From: Phaeosaccion multiseriatum
Taxonomy: Eukaryota; Protista; Ochrophyta, other classes
Length of the DNA: 64,000 nt
Direction of reading: 5' to 3'
Assembly: GCA_965112735.1 (NCBI GenBank)
Contig: OZ218957.1
Span: forward strand, 3,607,293 to 3,671,292
Numbering within the stretch: the stretch's first letter is position 1; each line of letters starts with the position of its first letter. Both the position numbers and the translations under genes were made by a program. Positions 1 to 13,492 of this stretch are shown here, piece by piece. Below the pieces are notes generated by a model. It was not told where the DNA came from and made no database searches. It saw only the letters and a program-made list of their open reading frames with translations.

Positions 1-3000
1 ACGATGGAGGGCTCGGAGGAGGACCCCGGGGTGAACGTCAGAGCCCTCACCAGCCTCTTCAAAGGAGCGCAGGAAGATCAGGACGACGTGGTGAGGGAGG
101 GGGGAGGGGAGAGGCGTATGGGCAGAGAGAGGGAGACAAAGGGAGAGAGAGAGATGCCATGCGAGGGCGACGCTTCCCCCCATCTGTCGTACTGCCGCTG
201 TACTGCCGCCGCACTCAGTGCCACTCACTCCCCCCCCTCTCCCTCCTTCTCCAATGACGTATTGAAAGGAGTACTCATTCACCATCAGCATGATGGAGAT
301 CTACAATGAAACCGTCAGGGACCTGCTGGTGCCCGGGGGGACCACCGGTGAGTGGGGGTCGTGCTTGGGTCCCCAGCGAGGGCATGCTTAGGCCTGGGCT
401 GAGGGAGAGGAGCTCCGGACCGTAAAGGGTGGTGCTGGAAGCAGATGGGTCGGAAAAGAAGCAGCCCGATATTGACGTGTTGACAAGAAGCTTGGCTTGA
501 TATTGACGTGTTGACAAGAAGCTTGGCTTGATATTGACGTGTTGACAAGAAGCTTGGCTTGATATTGACGTGTTGACAAGAAGCTTGGCTTGATATTGAC
601 GTGTTGACGACGTGTTGACAAGAAGCTTGGCTTGATATTGACGTGTTGACAAGAAGCTTGGCTTGATATTGACGTGTTGACAAGAAGCTTGGCTTGATAT
701 TGACGTGTTGACAAGAAGCTTGGCTGATATTGACGTGTTGACAAGAAGCTTGGCTTGATATTGACGTGTTGACAAGAAGCTTGGCTTGATATTGACGTGT
801 TGACAAGAAGCTTGGCTTGATATTGACGTGTTGACAAGAAGCTTTGGCTTGAGGCTTGATGTCACTCTCCAGAACCATCATTGCAATTTGTATCATGGTG
901 GGGCTCTACCCCCCCCCCCCCTCGACTCCCCGGGGCTCAATCGATGGCTCCTGACCCCTCCCTCCCTCCCCCTTCTTGCGTGTGTGTGCAGGAGAAAAGT
1001 TGGACATTCGGCAGTCACCCACGGGCACCGTCGTACCCGGCCTGACGGAGGTGAGTCTAACCGCTTCGAGACTTTGACGTCGACCTTGACGTCGACTTTG
1101 ACGTCGGCTTTGACGTCGACTTTGACGTCGACTTTGGCATCGACTTTGACCTCGATTTTTGGAGTCGGGCTTGTTACGGGGACGAGGGAGACTGGATGTG
1201 TACCGCAGGTGTCTTCTCTGCTTGGCACTGTCTGCATCAATCTTGTTTGTGGCCCTCTGCTGCTGTTTTTGTTTCTGCCGACTCTGGACTCTTCCCTTCC
1301 CTTGCCATGGAGGATGGACCACCTTCGCTTCCCTCCTGCATGATGTTGTGTTGTGTTGTGTTGCCGAGCCCCGACCCTCTCCGGCCTCCAATATCGATCC
1401 CAATATCGATCCCAATATCGACATGCACACACTGTGGACGTGCCTCCACTCAGGTATCTGTGAGCAGCATCGAGGAGGTGAACGTGCAGCTGGAGCAGGG
1501 CCGCTCGGGAAGGGCCGTGGGCAGCCACGACATGAACGAGCACAGCAGCAGGAGCCACATGATCTTCAGGGTCATGGTCACAGGGGTCAACAGGTCGGTA
1601 CTAAGTCAATGGGTGGGGTGGGGGAGCTGTGTGTGTGGTTGGCCTGTGGCAACGCTTCCTCCCTTCCCCCCTATGCGATGATCCCCGCAGCGCCATCAGG
1701 TGCCATCGGGTTGATGGTTGGCACCGCCTCACCTCTGCTCTACCCCGCTCCGCGCCCTGCCCACCAACACGCTTCTATACCCTCAGACCGCAACAACCAC
1801 CAGCATCCGCTCCACACTCTAACTAATCCATATGCCTCAAACATGCCCCTATGCTTCTACTGTGCCCATATGCCTACACAGACACAACAACACCAACATC
1901 CGCTCCAAGCTGCACCTCATCGATCTCGCAGGTAAATATTTCATCATCGCGGGCAGGCATATGGGCAGGCACATGAATATGAGCAGGCATATGGGCAAGC
2001 GTAAGGATAGGAATATGGGTCGGCAGCACAGCACAGCACTCGTCCTTGCCCTGGGGGTGGAGCTGAAGCTTCAGCACCCCATGCAACTGTCCACCCAACA
2101 CTCCATCCATTGCCATCCCCTACGCCCCCCCCCCCTCAGGCAGCGAGCGTATCTCCAAGACCGATGCCACGGGAGACAGGCTCAAGGAGGCGCAGAACAT
2201 CAACCGCTCCCTCTCGGCCCTCGGTGACGTCATCGCCGCCCTCTCTTCCTCCAAGAAGGGCGGGCACGTGCCCTACAGAAACAGCAAGTAAGTGCAGTAA
2301 GGCAGTGGAAGGAAGACAGATCACACATGACACACACACTCGATCGGAGGGAGGGGAATCCTCTTCGCCTCTCTCCCCCTCTCTCCTCTTCCCCTCTCCC
2401 CCTTCTCTCCCACTCTCCCCCTCTTCCTTTCTCTGCCCCCCCCCGTCCCCCTGTGTCCCCCCTCTGCCCCCCTACCCAAGCCTCTCTCGAGCTTGCCTCC
2501 CTATTGACTGGCTGCCCCCCTCCCTCTGTGACTGCTCCGCCCCCCCCTCCCTTGCCCAGACTGACGTTTCTGCTGCAGGACTCCCTGTCGGGCAACAGCA
2601 AGGTCATGATGTTCGTCAACGCATCCCCCGCGGAGTACAACGTCGGAGGTACGCAACACGCACCCACGCACGCACCCACGCACGCGCCCACGCACGCCCA
2701 TCTGGCCTCCTGCTCTCCTCCTCCTCCTCCTCCTCTCCCTTGTCCTTCTCCTTCCTAACTGCACTGCTGCCGTACCACCAACTGCTGCACTGCAGAGACG
2801 GTGTGCTCTCTGACGTTTGCGTCGCGCTGCCGAGCCGTGGAGCTTGGAGGCGCAAAGAAGAACGTCGACAGCCTCGAAGTAGGCAAGGTCAGTTGGAGGC
2901 TTATGGGGAGGGAGGTGGAATGGGCTTGGGTGGAGGTGTATGAGCAGGGCCCCGCGGGTATCTTAAGTCATGGGGTGGCAGGGGGTGAGGCCTCAGGGCG

Positions 3001-3471
3001 TTTGGATGGCCGCCTGCGGAGAAGAGGGCAGGCAGGTACGGAACCTTCTCTCTTCTCTCTCCCCTCTCCCCTATCCTCACCTTGCCCCTCTGCCGTCCTG
3101 CCCGTACGCCTCCACCCACCACCCACCCACCCACCCACCCACCCAACCTATCCACCGCCACCCGCGCCCCCTCCCTTGGTTCCATCGACCATCGACAGTA
3201 CCGACGGGCCATCGACAGTCTGCAGGCTCAGCTTGTGGCCGCCGGCATCACCCCCACCACTGGGCCTCCGTCCACACCGGGGGGAGGGGGAGGAGCATCG
3301 GCCACGGCCTCCCCGGGGGGCGCCGGCTCAGGCCCAAGCTCAAGCGGTAGCGCTAGTGGGAGCGGCGGTAGTGGCGGCGCGGCCACGGGCACCCCCACTC
3401 CGGGCATGACGAGGAGAGGGAGCGGCAGCCTCACCCCGGGGGCCCCGGCGGGGAGGAAGACCCTCAAATGA
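1..3471 (+). CDS. Kinesin motor protein, probably kinesin-14 (KIFC/Kar3-like); 5' part lies outside the window; multi-exon
   Basis: Spliced GT-AG exons give [48 protein letters not shown] (switch I), [12 protein letters not shown] (switch II), [50 protein letters not shown] and [12 protein letters not shown] short Gly/Ser-rich tail ends at TGA 3469-3471. Confidence 0.93.
468..842. repeat. Intronic minisatellite, 31-bp unit GATATTGACGTGTTGACAAGAAGCTTGGCTT, ~12 copies
   Basis: Direct tandem copies inside a kinesin intron. Confidence 0.95.
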
Positions 3472-3948
3472 TCAATAGCCCCCCCCCCCCCCCGAGTAGC
3501 CGAGTAGCCTCCCACACGCCCCTCCTCCTCCTCCCCATATGCGCTGCCTGCTGCTGCCTGCCTCTGCCTGTTTTTCGGGCTGTGAGTATGGCGGACAGAC
3601 GACAAGGAGGGAAGAGAAGGGAGGTGCGGAGGCCACATCGTGGGAAGGAAGGAAGGAAGGAAGGAAGCGACGGATCTTCCATCTTCGACCATCTTCCTCC
3701 CCTCACTTTTCTGCTCTTGCTCTTCCGCTTCGAGTCCAGTCGGAGTGATGTTCCACAAAAAGAGTTCGAAAAAAAAAAACAAAAAAAAACACCGCTCACC
3801 GCTCACCAGTTGCGCTCACAGCGAAAGTGCTTGCATGAAACTGAAACTGAAACCGTTCACCGACCCTGAATAGAGAGAAAAACAGCAAAACAAACTTAAC
3901 CTTTAAGCTTTAAGCTTTAGTTTTACACGAGATAGAAAGAGAGGCACG

Positions 3949-5840
3949 ATGGGAGACTTGGAGGACCGAATCCTGAAGAAGAACATCCCCGGCAAGTACA
4001 GCTGGTGGGAGAAGGATGCGGATGAGGGGCCCGGCGGGCGGACAGACTGGATCGACCCCGACGCTTCGGATGATGAGGCAGAGATGACTGAGATGGACAA
4101 GCAGAGGAAGTTCGTGGAGGCAGACGTGCCGGATCCGGTGCGGAGGAGTATCATGGCGGGGGAGGTAGAGCGGCAGCGGGCGACGTCGTCCAAGACCGGC
4201 GTGAAGGGCGTGCTCAACGACTACCACGTGAGTGAGGGAGGAAGGGGGAGGATTGCTCATTGACGGTCCTTGTGGTACTCCCATCTTGTACTCTGCTACT
4301 ATTGATGATTGCTTCAGCTGCATCGAGTCCTGCGTCATGTTCTTATTAGGTCCCCCAATCCCTTGTCTCGACCTGCCTCTGTGCACGTCATGACCGTGTT
4401 CTTCCTCCTCCTCCTGCTCCTCCTCCTCCTCCTCCTGCTGCTGCTGCTGCTGCTGCTCCTCCTTCTTCTCCTCCTCCTCCTTCTTCTCCTCCTCATCCTC
4501 CTTCTCCTCCTCCTCCTCCTCCTTCTTCTTCTTCTTCTTCTTCTTCTTCTTCTTCTTCTTCTTCTTCTTCTTCTTCTTCTTCTTCTTCTTCTTCTTCTTC
4601 TTCTTCTTCTTCTTCTTCTTCTTCTTCTTCTTCTTCTTCTTCTCCCCCCCCCGTAGGACTGGAGCGAAATGATGCAGGCCCAAGACTCGATGGAGGCGGA
4701 CCACCGCGCCGCGCTGCTGAAGCTCATGGTGGAGGGCGCCAAAAGAGAACCCGACGTGTTCAAGCCCAAGACTCAGGCAGACATCGAGGCCGAGGGACAG
4801 GGCAGCGGGGAGGACGGGGAGGACGGGGAGGACGACGCGGACTTCCTGCGGGACTTCCGTGCGGCCCGATTGGAGCAGATGAAGGCCTCTGCAGGCAGGC
4901 CGCGCTTCGGGGACATCAGGGAGGTGACGAGGTCGGAGTTCGTGGCGGCGGTGGACGAGTGCGACCCCCGCACCTTCGTGGTGGTGCACCTCTACGAGCC
5001 TTACATCAAGCTCTGCCAGAAGTGAGTAGGGCAGACAGTGGGGTACAACTGGGTGCTCTGCCGGAGTGAGTAGGGATGGCAGTGGATGGGAAGGAAGGGG
5101 GTTCTCCCTTCCCCTGCTGCACACGGATGGAAGGAGCTGTGCCTGCCTTTCCACGGCGACACGAAGAAAGCGCCCTCGAGCAACACAGCACTGACACAGC
5201 ACTGACACAGCATTGACACAGCACTGACACAGCACTGACACAGCACTGACACAGCACTGACACAGCACTGACACAGCACTGACACAGCACTGACACAGCA
5301 CTGACACAGCACTGGCTCTCTCACTCTCTTCGCCGCCATCCTCTCTCTCTCTTTCTCCGTCTCTTGTGTGTTCTTCCTCGCGCTGTCTTTGTGTCTTTCC
5401 CTCTCTCTCTTTTTCCGTCTCTCTTCTCTCCCTCCCCCCTCACTTCCCTCCCTCCCTCCCTCCCCCTCCCCTCTCCCCTCCACAGAATGAACCGTTACCT
5501 TGAGCAGCTGGCCAAGGAGCACACCTCCGTCAAATTCCTGCGGTTACAGAGCACTAAAGCAGACGGAGACTACGACCCCATCGCCCTCCCCACCCTCCTC
5601 CTCTACAGAGACAAGCAAGTGGTGGAGGTGCTCACACGAGTCACAGATGACATCGGAGGGGACATGTTCACGAAGGATGATGTAGATTGGCTGCTGCAGG
5701 AGAAGGAAGTGTTCGAGGCGGTGGGAGGTGTCAGGACAGGGGCGGTGGGGGGCGGGCTGGCGAGGTACGAGCAGAATAGGGCGGAGGACAGCGGAGACGA
5801 TGCTGGCGACGACGTGGAGGAGTACGAGGGATACAGCTGA
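3949..5840 (+). CDS. Phosducin-like protein (PhLP1-type, thioredoxin fold), 3 exons
   Basis: Exons ~3949-4227, 4658-5021, 5486-5840. Motifs: KTGVKGVLNDY (phosducin TGxKGVxxD), FLRDFRAARLEQM, FGDIREV...VVVHLYE...C, LAKEHTSVKFLRL, ALPTLLLYR. Confidence 0.88.
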
Positions 5841-6375
5841 GACGGAAGTGGGAGGGCTACAAGAAAGAGGGGGATGGGGGAGGCAGTTATAGAGGAGGCG
5901 ATGCGACGAGGGAGGGAGAGAGACTGACAGACTGACCGACAGGCGGATCGAGACAGAGACACACAAGGAGGAAGCGCTTCCTCTCGCTCAGCCGCTGGCC
6001 GCAACAGCTCTGTGAAGGATGTGACACCCCTGCTGCTGTATCACCAACTGCTGCCGCTCGCTGGCTACGACCTGCGCTTGTACTGGACTGGTCATTCACC
6101 CGTTTGACCTATTTGAGTGCCCGCGTACCCGTTGTACATGTGTATTGGCTATGGCCACAGCTGATGGCTATGGCCATAGCCGAACCCCTCAATGGTACCC
6201 GCCCGCAAGGCAGTCAGCTGCACGCTGCAGCGGAGAGCGACGGTGGAGGGGTCTGACAGCAGTCCGAAAGAGAGAGAGAGAGAGACGGAGAGAGAGAGAG
6301 ACAGAGAGAGAGAGGGAGACAGAGAGAGAGAGAGGGAGCCAGAGAGAGACAGAGAGAGAGAGAGAGAGAAAGAGG

Positions 6376-6413
<38 letters not shown>

Positions 6414-6940
6414 CAGAGAGAGAGGCGCTCTGTGGACTCTTTTTGTCTCTGGGTGTGCACGATTGCGTCTGTGTGTGCGGCCCTCCCCCGACGGCTGATG
6501 AACAGATGGCAGTGGAAGGTGCCGTGTGGGGGCGTGCGCCAAGGCAGAGAGGCGCACTGTCTACCCCCCGGGGTCAGGGGAGGCCCGCGTCAGTGCGTTA
6601 CAGTGCCGTGACGTGCCGTCACAGTGCGTTACAGTGCCGTGACATGCCGTCGCAGTGGAGGGGGTCTACAACAGCTCCCCTCACTCACTCGTTACTCGCG
6701 GCAGGGGCACGGCTGTGCAGTCTCGAGCAGGGGCGGGGCAGAGACGGCCTCCCTTAAGGATAGGGGAGATGGTAGACCGTCCACTGCCATCCTCGACCAG
6801 GCATGCACTTCACTTCGCTTTTTGCTGAGTGTATCTGATAAAAATATCCATGATAAAATATCCGTATCCCCCCGATCCTGTGCCTCTCTTGGCCCAGTGG
6901 GAGCATGTCCAACCTACAGCCTAGACTATTGAGTGCCCAG

Positions 6941-8640
6941 CTAGCGATCCCAGGTTCTGGGTGGGGATGGAGGGGGGCCTCCCAACAAGCTCCCCTCCAC
7001 AATCTCAATGCCGGCGTCAATGTCCTGCTGCATGGCCTTGCTGCCCTCCGTCATGTGCCACTCCTTCATGACCAGCATCATCATCTTCGCATCGTTTCTA
7101 GTGCGTACGAGCTCCAGTCCGGGGTCCTTCTTGACATTCAGCGCCTCCAGCAGTTGGTCCTCCGCGTGTATGGCATCAAGTTCATGCTGCATCATGGCGC
7201 CAATGTCCTCCAGCTCGGCCCTCTTCCTCAGGCTCATGCGTTTGCCCTTGCCCCTGCCCTTCTCCTTATCCTTGTTTCCCCATCGCTCCAAGCTCACATC
7301 AGGCCCTGCCTCAAACAAGCGCTCGTGCCTCTCCACCCAGCCGTACTTGTTGTCCTCCTTGAACTTCTCCAACCACTTCTTCTTCCTCTCGGCGGCCAGC
7401 TGCTTCTCCGTCTTCGGCTTCACCTTCTTGGGCGCCTTCTTCTCTGCCTCTCTCCGCAGCCCCGGCACCGGCACACCCAGTACCTTCCTCCTCTTGTCCT
7501 TCTTCCTCCTCTGATTGGTGCCGGCGGGCTCTATCTTGAATCGCACCTCCTTCTCCACCACTCCTGTATCGAGGTCCTTCACCTCCCTCTCCTCCATGTT
7601 GACTTGCACGTCCTTGCGGTCGAGCAGCTGGTACAGCATGCCGGGGAAGTCCGGGCGGACGATGCGCATCTGAAAGGGTGGCTTGGGGCTGCGCCAGAAG
7701 CGCGGGTATGAGCGCCTGTGCCACGTGCCTATACCCTTCTGGTTGAGCACACACACCCATCTGAGCACGCAATGGGTGGAGGTGGATGGCGGGGGCGGGG
7801 CGGGGAAGGGGATGAGCGGAAAGCTCCGGGTGGAGGCAGTTCGGCCGCACCACGCACGCACGCACGCACGCACGCTAGGGGGGGGGGACTCTCTACAGGG
7901 GAGAGGGAAGCTCGGCTTGTGACTCATCCCTACACTCACTGGTACTTGTAGTCCTTGAATCGCTTCTTCTTCCGCTCAAGGTCCTTCCGGCTCGTGGGCC
8001 CGTTTTCAAACACCTGATGAAGAGTTGGTTGGTGCAAGCAAGCAGTACACGAGGAACGTCAGTTCACAGCAGGTAGTACTGGCACAGCAGCAGGTGGGAC
8101 CCACTGCAAGCACGAGGGGCGCATCCGACTGAGAGCGGTGGCAGCGAATGCTGGGGCTGGGGCTGGGGCTGGACCTGACCCTCCACGAAACCCACCCCTC
8201 TGCCTGTCTGCCGGTCTGACTGTCAGTTTGTTACGCAGCGAGGGAGCCAAAGGGCAAGCTCCCCCAAGCAGAGGGCGCCACAGAGGGCGCCACCCAGCCG
8301 CAGCCCTCCTCTTGCCCCCCCTCGGCCCCTCAGCCCTTCTGCTGCCCAACCTCTCAACCACCCTGTGTCTCACCTGCAGGGGACAGGGCGGGTAGGCCTC
8401 CAGGAACTTGGCAATCTCCGCCACTTCCATGTTTCTTGTCTTCTTCTTGTTCCTATAGTACTCGCTGTACTCTTTGTAGTTCTTCGCCTTGTCCCACAGA
8501 TCGGCCGTCAAGTCCCGCAGCCCCCCGGCAAACCCCTCAGTCTTCTTGGCCTGTACTGTGTCCAGCGTGCCCAGCAGCACCAGCATGACGGCTGCAGCCA
8601 GCAATGTGCTCAGGCCCAAAGCCATTTTGAGGCGCGGCAT
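6941..8640 (-). CDS. Hypothetical Lys/Glu-rich protein with N-terminal signal peptide, ~3 exons
   Basis: Hydrophobic N-terminus MALGLSTLLAAAVMLVLLGTLDTVQA. Exons ~8640-8374, ~8014-7940 and ~7760-6941 have GT-AG borders and coding-like composition. No family recognised. Confidence 0.6.
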
Positions 8641-8889
8641 CCTCCTGCGCCCCCCCCAACCCTCCTCAGCCCTTCAGGGGGAGAAACAGAGCAGCAACAC
8701 AGCAGCAGAAGAAGAAGCGGCAGCAGCGATAGTCACGACAAGGAACCACCGGAGGGGAGGGGGGAAGTACGCGGGGTCGAGCATGAGGTGGCCCGGGCCC
8801 AAGCAATGTGTGTGGCATCGGCTGCCTTCCTTCCCCCTCGAATAATGCGAATCGCGAATGTAAAAAACAAAATCGTCATCATTATTGCA

Positions 8890-10883
8890 ATGCCGCCTCA
8901 GGATATGGCGGGGGGTGGGGACGCAGGGGATGAGGTCCTTGAGACACCCCTGTCTGTCGCGGAGGAGCGCATCCGTGCCACCGGCCGAGAGATGAGCTTG
9001 GTCTCCCCGGACACATCACTTCCCAAACACTGCTGGGCTCGCAGACTCGATGAGCCGCTGCCCTCCCGCGACGTGCATAAGCCCGCTCGGCCGCCCCTCA
9101 AAGAAGCCCTCTCGCTCCTCCCGGTGCGTGAAGTGGAGGGGGGCAAGGACTTGCTGTGGTGGAAAGGGCCACAGCCCCCTCCGTACGAAGGCCTTGCGCC
9201 CTGCACTCTCTCTCTCAGCTCTCTCGCCTGTCTGCTCTCTCACTGGCCTGCTCTCTGCTCCCTCGCCCCCTCTTCCCCCTCTTCCCCCCTCGTATCACCA
9301 ACTGCCTCAGGTCGCTCTGCGCGTTGCCAAGTATCTAAACCGCGAGAAGAAAGGAGGCAGGGATCCTATTCTTGATATAGACCTGCCCCTCATGAAGCCC
9401 CCGGGTCAGTGCCTAGCCGCCGAGTTGGGTAGTCAGTCAGTAGGAAGTCAGTCAAGCAGTTCGTCAAGCAGTCAATCACTCAGTCAGTGAGTCAGTCAGG
9501 GAGTCAGTCAGTGAGTCAATCAGTCAGGTAGTCAGTCATTCAGTCAGTCGGTCAGTCCGTCAGTCAATCAGACAGTCAATCAGACAGTCAATCAGACAGT
9601 CAATCAATCAGTCAGTTAGACAAGGAGAGGTCGAATTCCCCACCAAGCACAATTCCTTTCTCGTTTGCGTACCATTGCACCGCGCCACTCGTGAAGCTTA
9701 CGCCCTCCCCTCCCCTCCCTCCCTCCGCTCTCTGCCCACCCTCAGACCCCGGGCCGTACGCCGGCGTGCCGCTGGGCGGCATGGGGGGGGGCTGCATCGG
9801 CCGGGGCTTCCGTGGGGACTTCCGCCGGTGGAACTTGTGGCCCGGCAGGTACATGTAGCGTGAGCGTGTCGTAGGCGTATCGTGAGCTATTGCCGTGTAT
9901 GCCCTGTATGGCCGTCAAAGCCGATCGATACCTTCAATACGCCCCTGCCCCTACCTATAATTTCCCCCTCCCTCCCTCCCTCCCTCCCTCCCTCCCTCCG
10001 TTCCTCCCTCCAGGTACCGGAGCTGCCCCGTTGCGGCGGATCAGTTCAGCGTGCGCGCCAGAGTCGTGCCTGCTCCTCCTGCCCCCGCCCCTGCGCCCCC
10101 CGTAGGACACCCCCCCCCCCCGCCCGCCGCCCAGGTGCTGTCCGTGGAGACCTCGCCCCCCGGGGAAGACGCTATTCCCCCGGGGGGCGCTTGCGGTGGC
10201 CTCTCATCTTGGAAGTGGGGCCTCCCCCCCAAGCAGGCCTACTCCGCGGCACTGTACCCACGGGCCTGGAGCGCGTACGACTCTCCAGTACCCGGTGTGC
10301 GCTTGGCGTGTCGGCAAGTATCGCCCGTGTTCCCTCACGAGTATCGCGAGACGTCTCTGCCGGTGAGCGTCTTTGTATGGACTGTGCACAACTCGAGTAC
10401 CGAGTGTCAGGAGGTCAGCCTCATGTTCTCTCTGCAGAGTGGGGCGGGGGTGGCCAATGACGCGGCGGGTGGGCATGTGAATCGGCCCTTCGTGTGGAGG
10501 GAGGGGGATGGGGATGGCAGTGGACGGGGCAGCGGCGGCGGCAAGAGAAGGAGGAGGAGACGCGGACAAGACGAGCGCGGAGGGGCGGCAGCAGAGGAGG
10601 GGGAGGGGGATGGTGTGAGGGGGGCGGAGCGGGCGTATAGCCACATCGAAGGAGTGGAGATGCGCTACATTCATCGCTCCTCCAAGGTGTACGAGACGGA
10701 TGAGGAGGCGGAGGTGAAAGAGAGAGGAGAGAGAGGGAGCTTCAGCTTAGGATCCTCCCGCACCACGCGCCCAAACGCCCCGAGTAAGACCAAGGGGAAG
10801 GGCAAGGCGAAGGACAAGAGGGAGGCCTTTGAGGACTCTCTCACCTTCGCCATCGCGGGCGGGGTGCCGGTGAGGGCACAAGA

Positions 10884-10915
<32 letters not shown>

Positions 10916-12975
10916 ACGGAAGTGGCGCCCCGGAGCTCAGCTGCTGCTCCTCCTTTCGGGCGAGCAGCGCATCTCTCCCCACGCGGGACAGTGGCAACGG
11001 CATGTCATGTCGACGCGGAGACCGAGAGGGGAGGGTAGACGCGTGCACGGGGAGAAGGAGGAAGAGAGATGTCGCCAAACACCACTTGAAGAAGGGCATC
11101 GCGGGCATACGGGCCAAGCCAAAGAAGGGGCAAAGGGGGCGGGGGAAGGAAGGAAAGACAGAAGACGAGCTGGGCAGCTCTGCGACTCCGACCGAACCGT
11201 CCGGAGAGAGGGGGGGGGGAGGGACATCACGAGGCAGGGAGGACAGCGGGGAGGGCGGAGGGGAGGGCGGAGGGGAGAGAGAGGGGAGAGAAGGGAGAGA
11301 AGGGATAGAGGGGGGAGAGGGGGGAGAGGGGAGAGAGGGGAGAGAGGGGAGAGAGGGGAGAGAGGGGGGAGAGGGGGGAGAGGGGAGAGAGGGGAGAGAG
11401 GTCGGTCCCGCGAGGGTGGCGGCGGCGCACGTGTGGAGAAGCTTCGTGGAGAGGGGGTGCCTCGATGAGGCCTATAAACAGCGGGGGGGGAGGGGGGGGA
11501 GGAGAACTGTCCGTCATAGTCTTGTCGATGGGGAGGAGCGGGAGGAAGAGGGAGACGAAAGGGAAGAGAGGGAGGAGAACGGGGGGGAGGAAGAGGAGGA
11601 GGAAGAAGAAGGCTACGACTGCTCCTATCCCACACCCCCCTCTTGTCCCTCCGAGGCGGGCGAGACGGTGGCCGGGGCGGTGTGTCAGAAGGTGACGCTC
11701 TTGCCCGGTCAGCAGCAAGAGATGGTGTTCGCTCTGAGCTGGGACATGCCGCTGGCGCGCTTCGGAGGGGGGTCAAGCCTGCCGAGGAGGTACACGCGCT
11801 TCTTCGGGAGGGAGGGCAGGGCGGCGCCAGCGCTGGCCAGGTGGGTGGGTGGGTGGGTGGGTGGGTGGGGTGTGAGTTGTTGTAAGCTCTGCTTGGAGCG
11901 TGTCCATGTCGAGATGGAAGTGCGGTATGGACTGAAACTCAAGCTTAAACTAACTGCCGACTGGCAGGTACGCGCTGGAGGAGTACCCGCGCTGGGAGCG
12001 CCTCATTGACTTATGGCAGGGAAAGGTGCTGCGAAACACGCTCCTGCCGGCCTTCTACAGGTGAGTGGGTGGGGATGGGGCAATGATGAGAGGAGGGGTA
12101 GTGCAGTGCGAGTTTGCGCTTCTCGAGTCTCAGGACCGTGAGAGGAGGGGGGGCGGCGGTGTCTCGCGAGGCTCCCCGTCCTTCGCAGTGTGCTGCAGTG
12201 TGCTGCACTGTGCTAGAGCCTGTGGACGGGGCGGGACGGCACTTCCTTCGCTCAGACGCGCCCCCCCCTCATGGCCCCGCTGCTCCTCCTGCCTCTTGTG
12301 TTGCCCATCCTCCTCCGCCCCTTCTCGTGTTGCCCCTCCCCCTGTCCCCCTCCTCCTCCTCCTCCTCCTCCTCCTCCTCCTCCTCCTCCCCCTGTTTCCA
12401 TCGCATAGATACACGCTGTTCAATGAGCTCTACTTCGTAACGGATGGGGGCACTTTGTGGCTCGACAGCTCTGACGGACAAGCCAACCCTCTGCCGGACT
12501 GGGAGGGACAGAGTGAGGGGAGGGGCAGTGGTGCCAAGGTACAAGCGCTGCCCAGTGCGGAGTGCAGGAGGCGGCGGAGAGAGCGTCTGCGGCCCAGGGG
12601 GGGAGGAGGGCCCAGGGGGGGGGTAAAAGATGGAGTTGAAGGTGGAGGGGCACAAGAGGAGACGCAAGGGGAGAGAGGACAGGACAATCGACAACACAAC
12701 GGACACGAGGAGGGTGAAGAGGAGGACAGCACGTGCCACGGCTCCTCGCTGTGCATGGGGCAGTTCCTGTACTTGGAGGGGCACGAGTACCTCATGTACA
12801 ACACTTTGGATGTGCACTTCTACGCCTCCTTCGCGCTGGCGCAGTGCTGGCCCATGCTACAGCTCGGTCTCATGCGGGATGTGGCCAAGGCTGTGGGCAG
12901 GGGGGACTCAGTCATGCGCACCTTGCTCGGGGAAGGGGACTTCCGACCGAGAAAGGTGTGTGTGTGTATGTGTGT

Positions 12976-13046
<71 letters not shown>

Positions 13047-13449
13047 TGTGTGTTTGGTTGGGTCTGTCCATCCCTCGCTCGTCGTGTTGTACCGCGCCCC
13101 CTCCGCCTTGCTTGCCTTGCTCACTCCTCCCCCTCGCCGCAACACCAACTCCCCCCCTAAGGTGGTTGGTGCGGTGCCTCACGACATGGGCACCCCGTCC
13201 GAGTGCCCCTTCTTCAAGCTCAACGCATACGTCTTTCAGGACGTGTCGCAGTGGAAGGACCTCGGCCCCAAGTTCGTCCTGCAGGTATAGATGGAGGAAT
13301 GTACCTCCTCTCCGTCTCGCTCTCTCTTCCTCTCTCTCTCTCTCACATACACACGCTCTTTCTCCCTCTCCCTCTCTCTCCCCCTCTCCTTCTCTATGTC
13401 TCTCTCTCTCCCTCCCTCCGGCCCGGCACCTGCCTGCCTGCCTGCCTGT

Positions 13450-13492
<43 letters not shown>

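Noticed and set aside
6146-6182. Small palindrome GGCTATGGCCATAGCC with a partial tandem copy
   Set aside because: Too short to distinguish from chance or local slippage; no TSD/TIR context.
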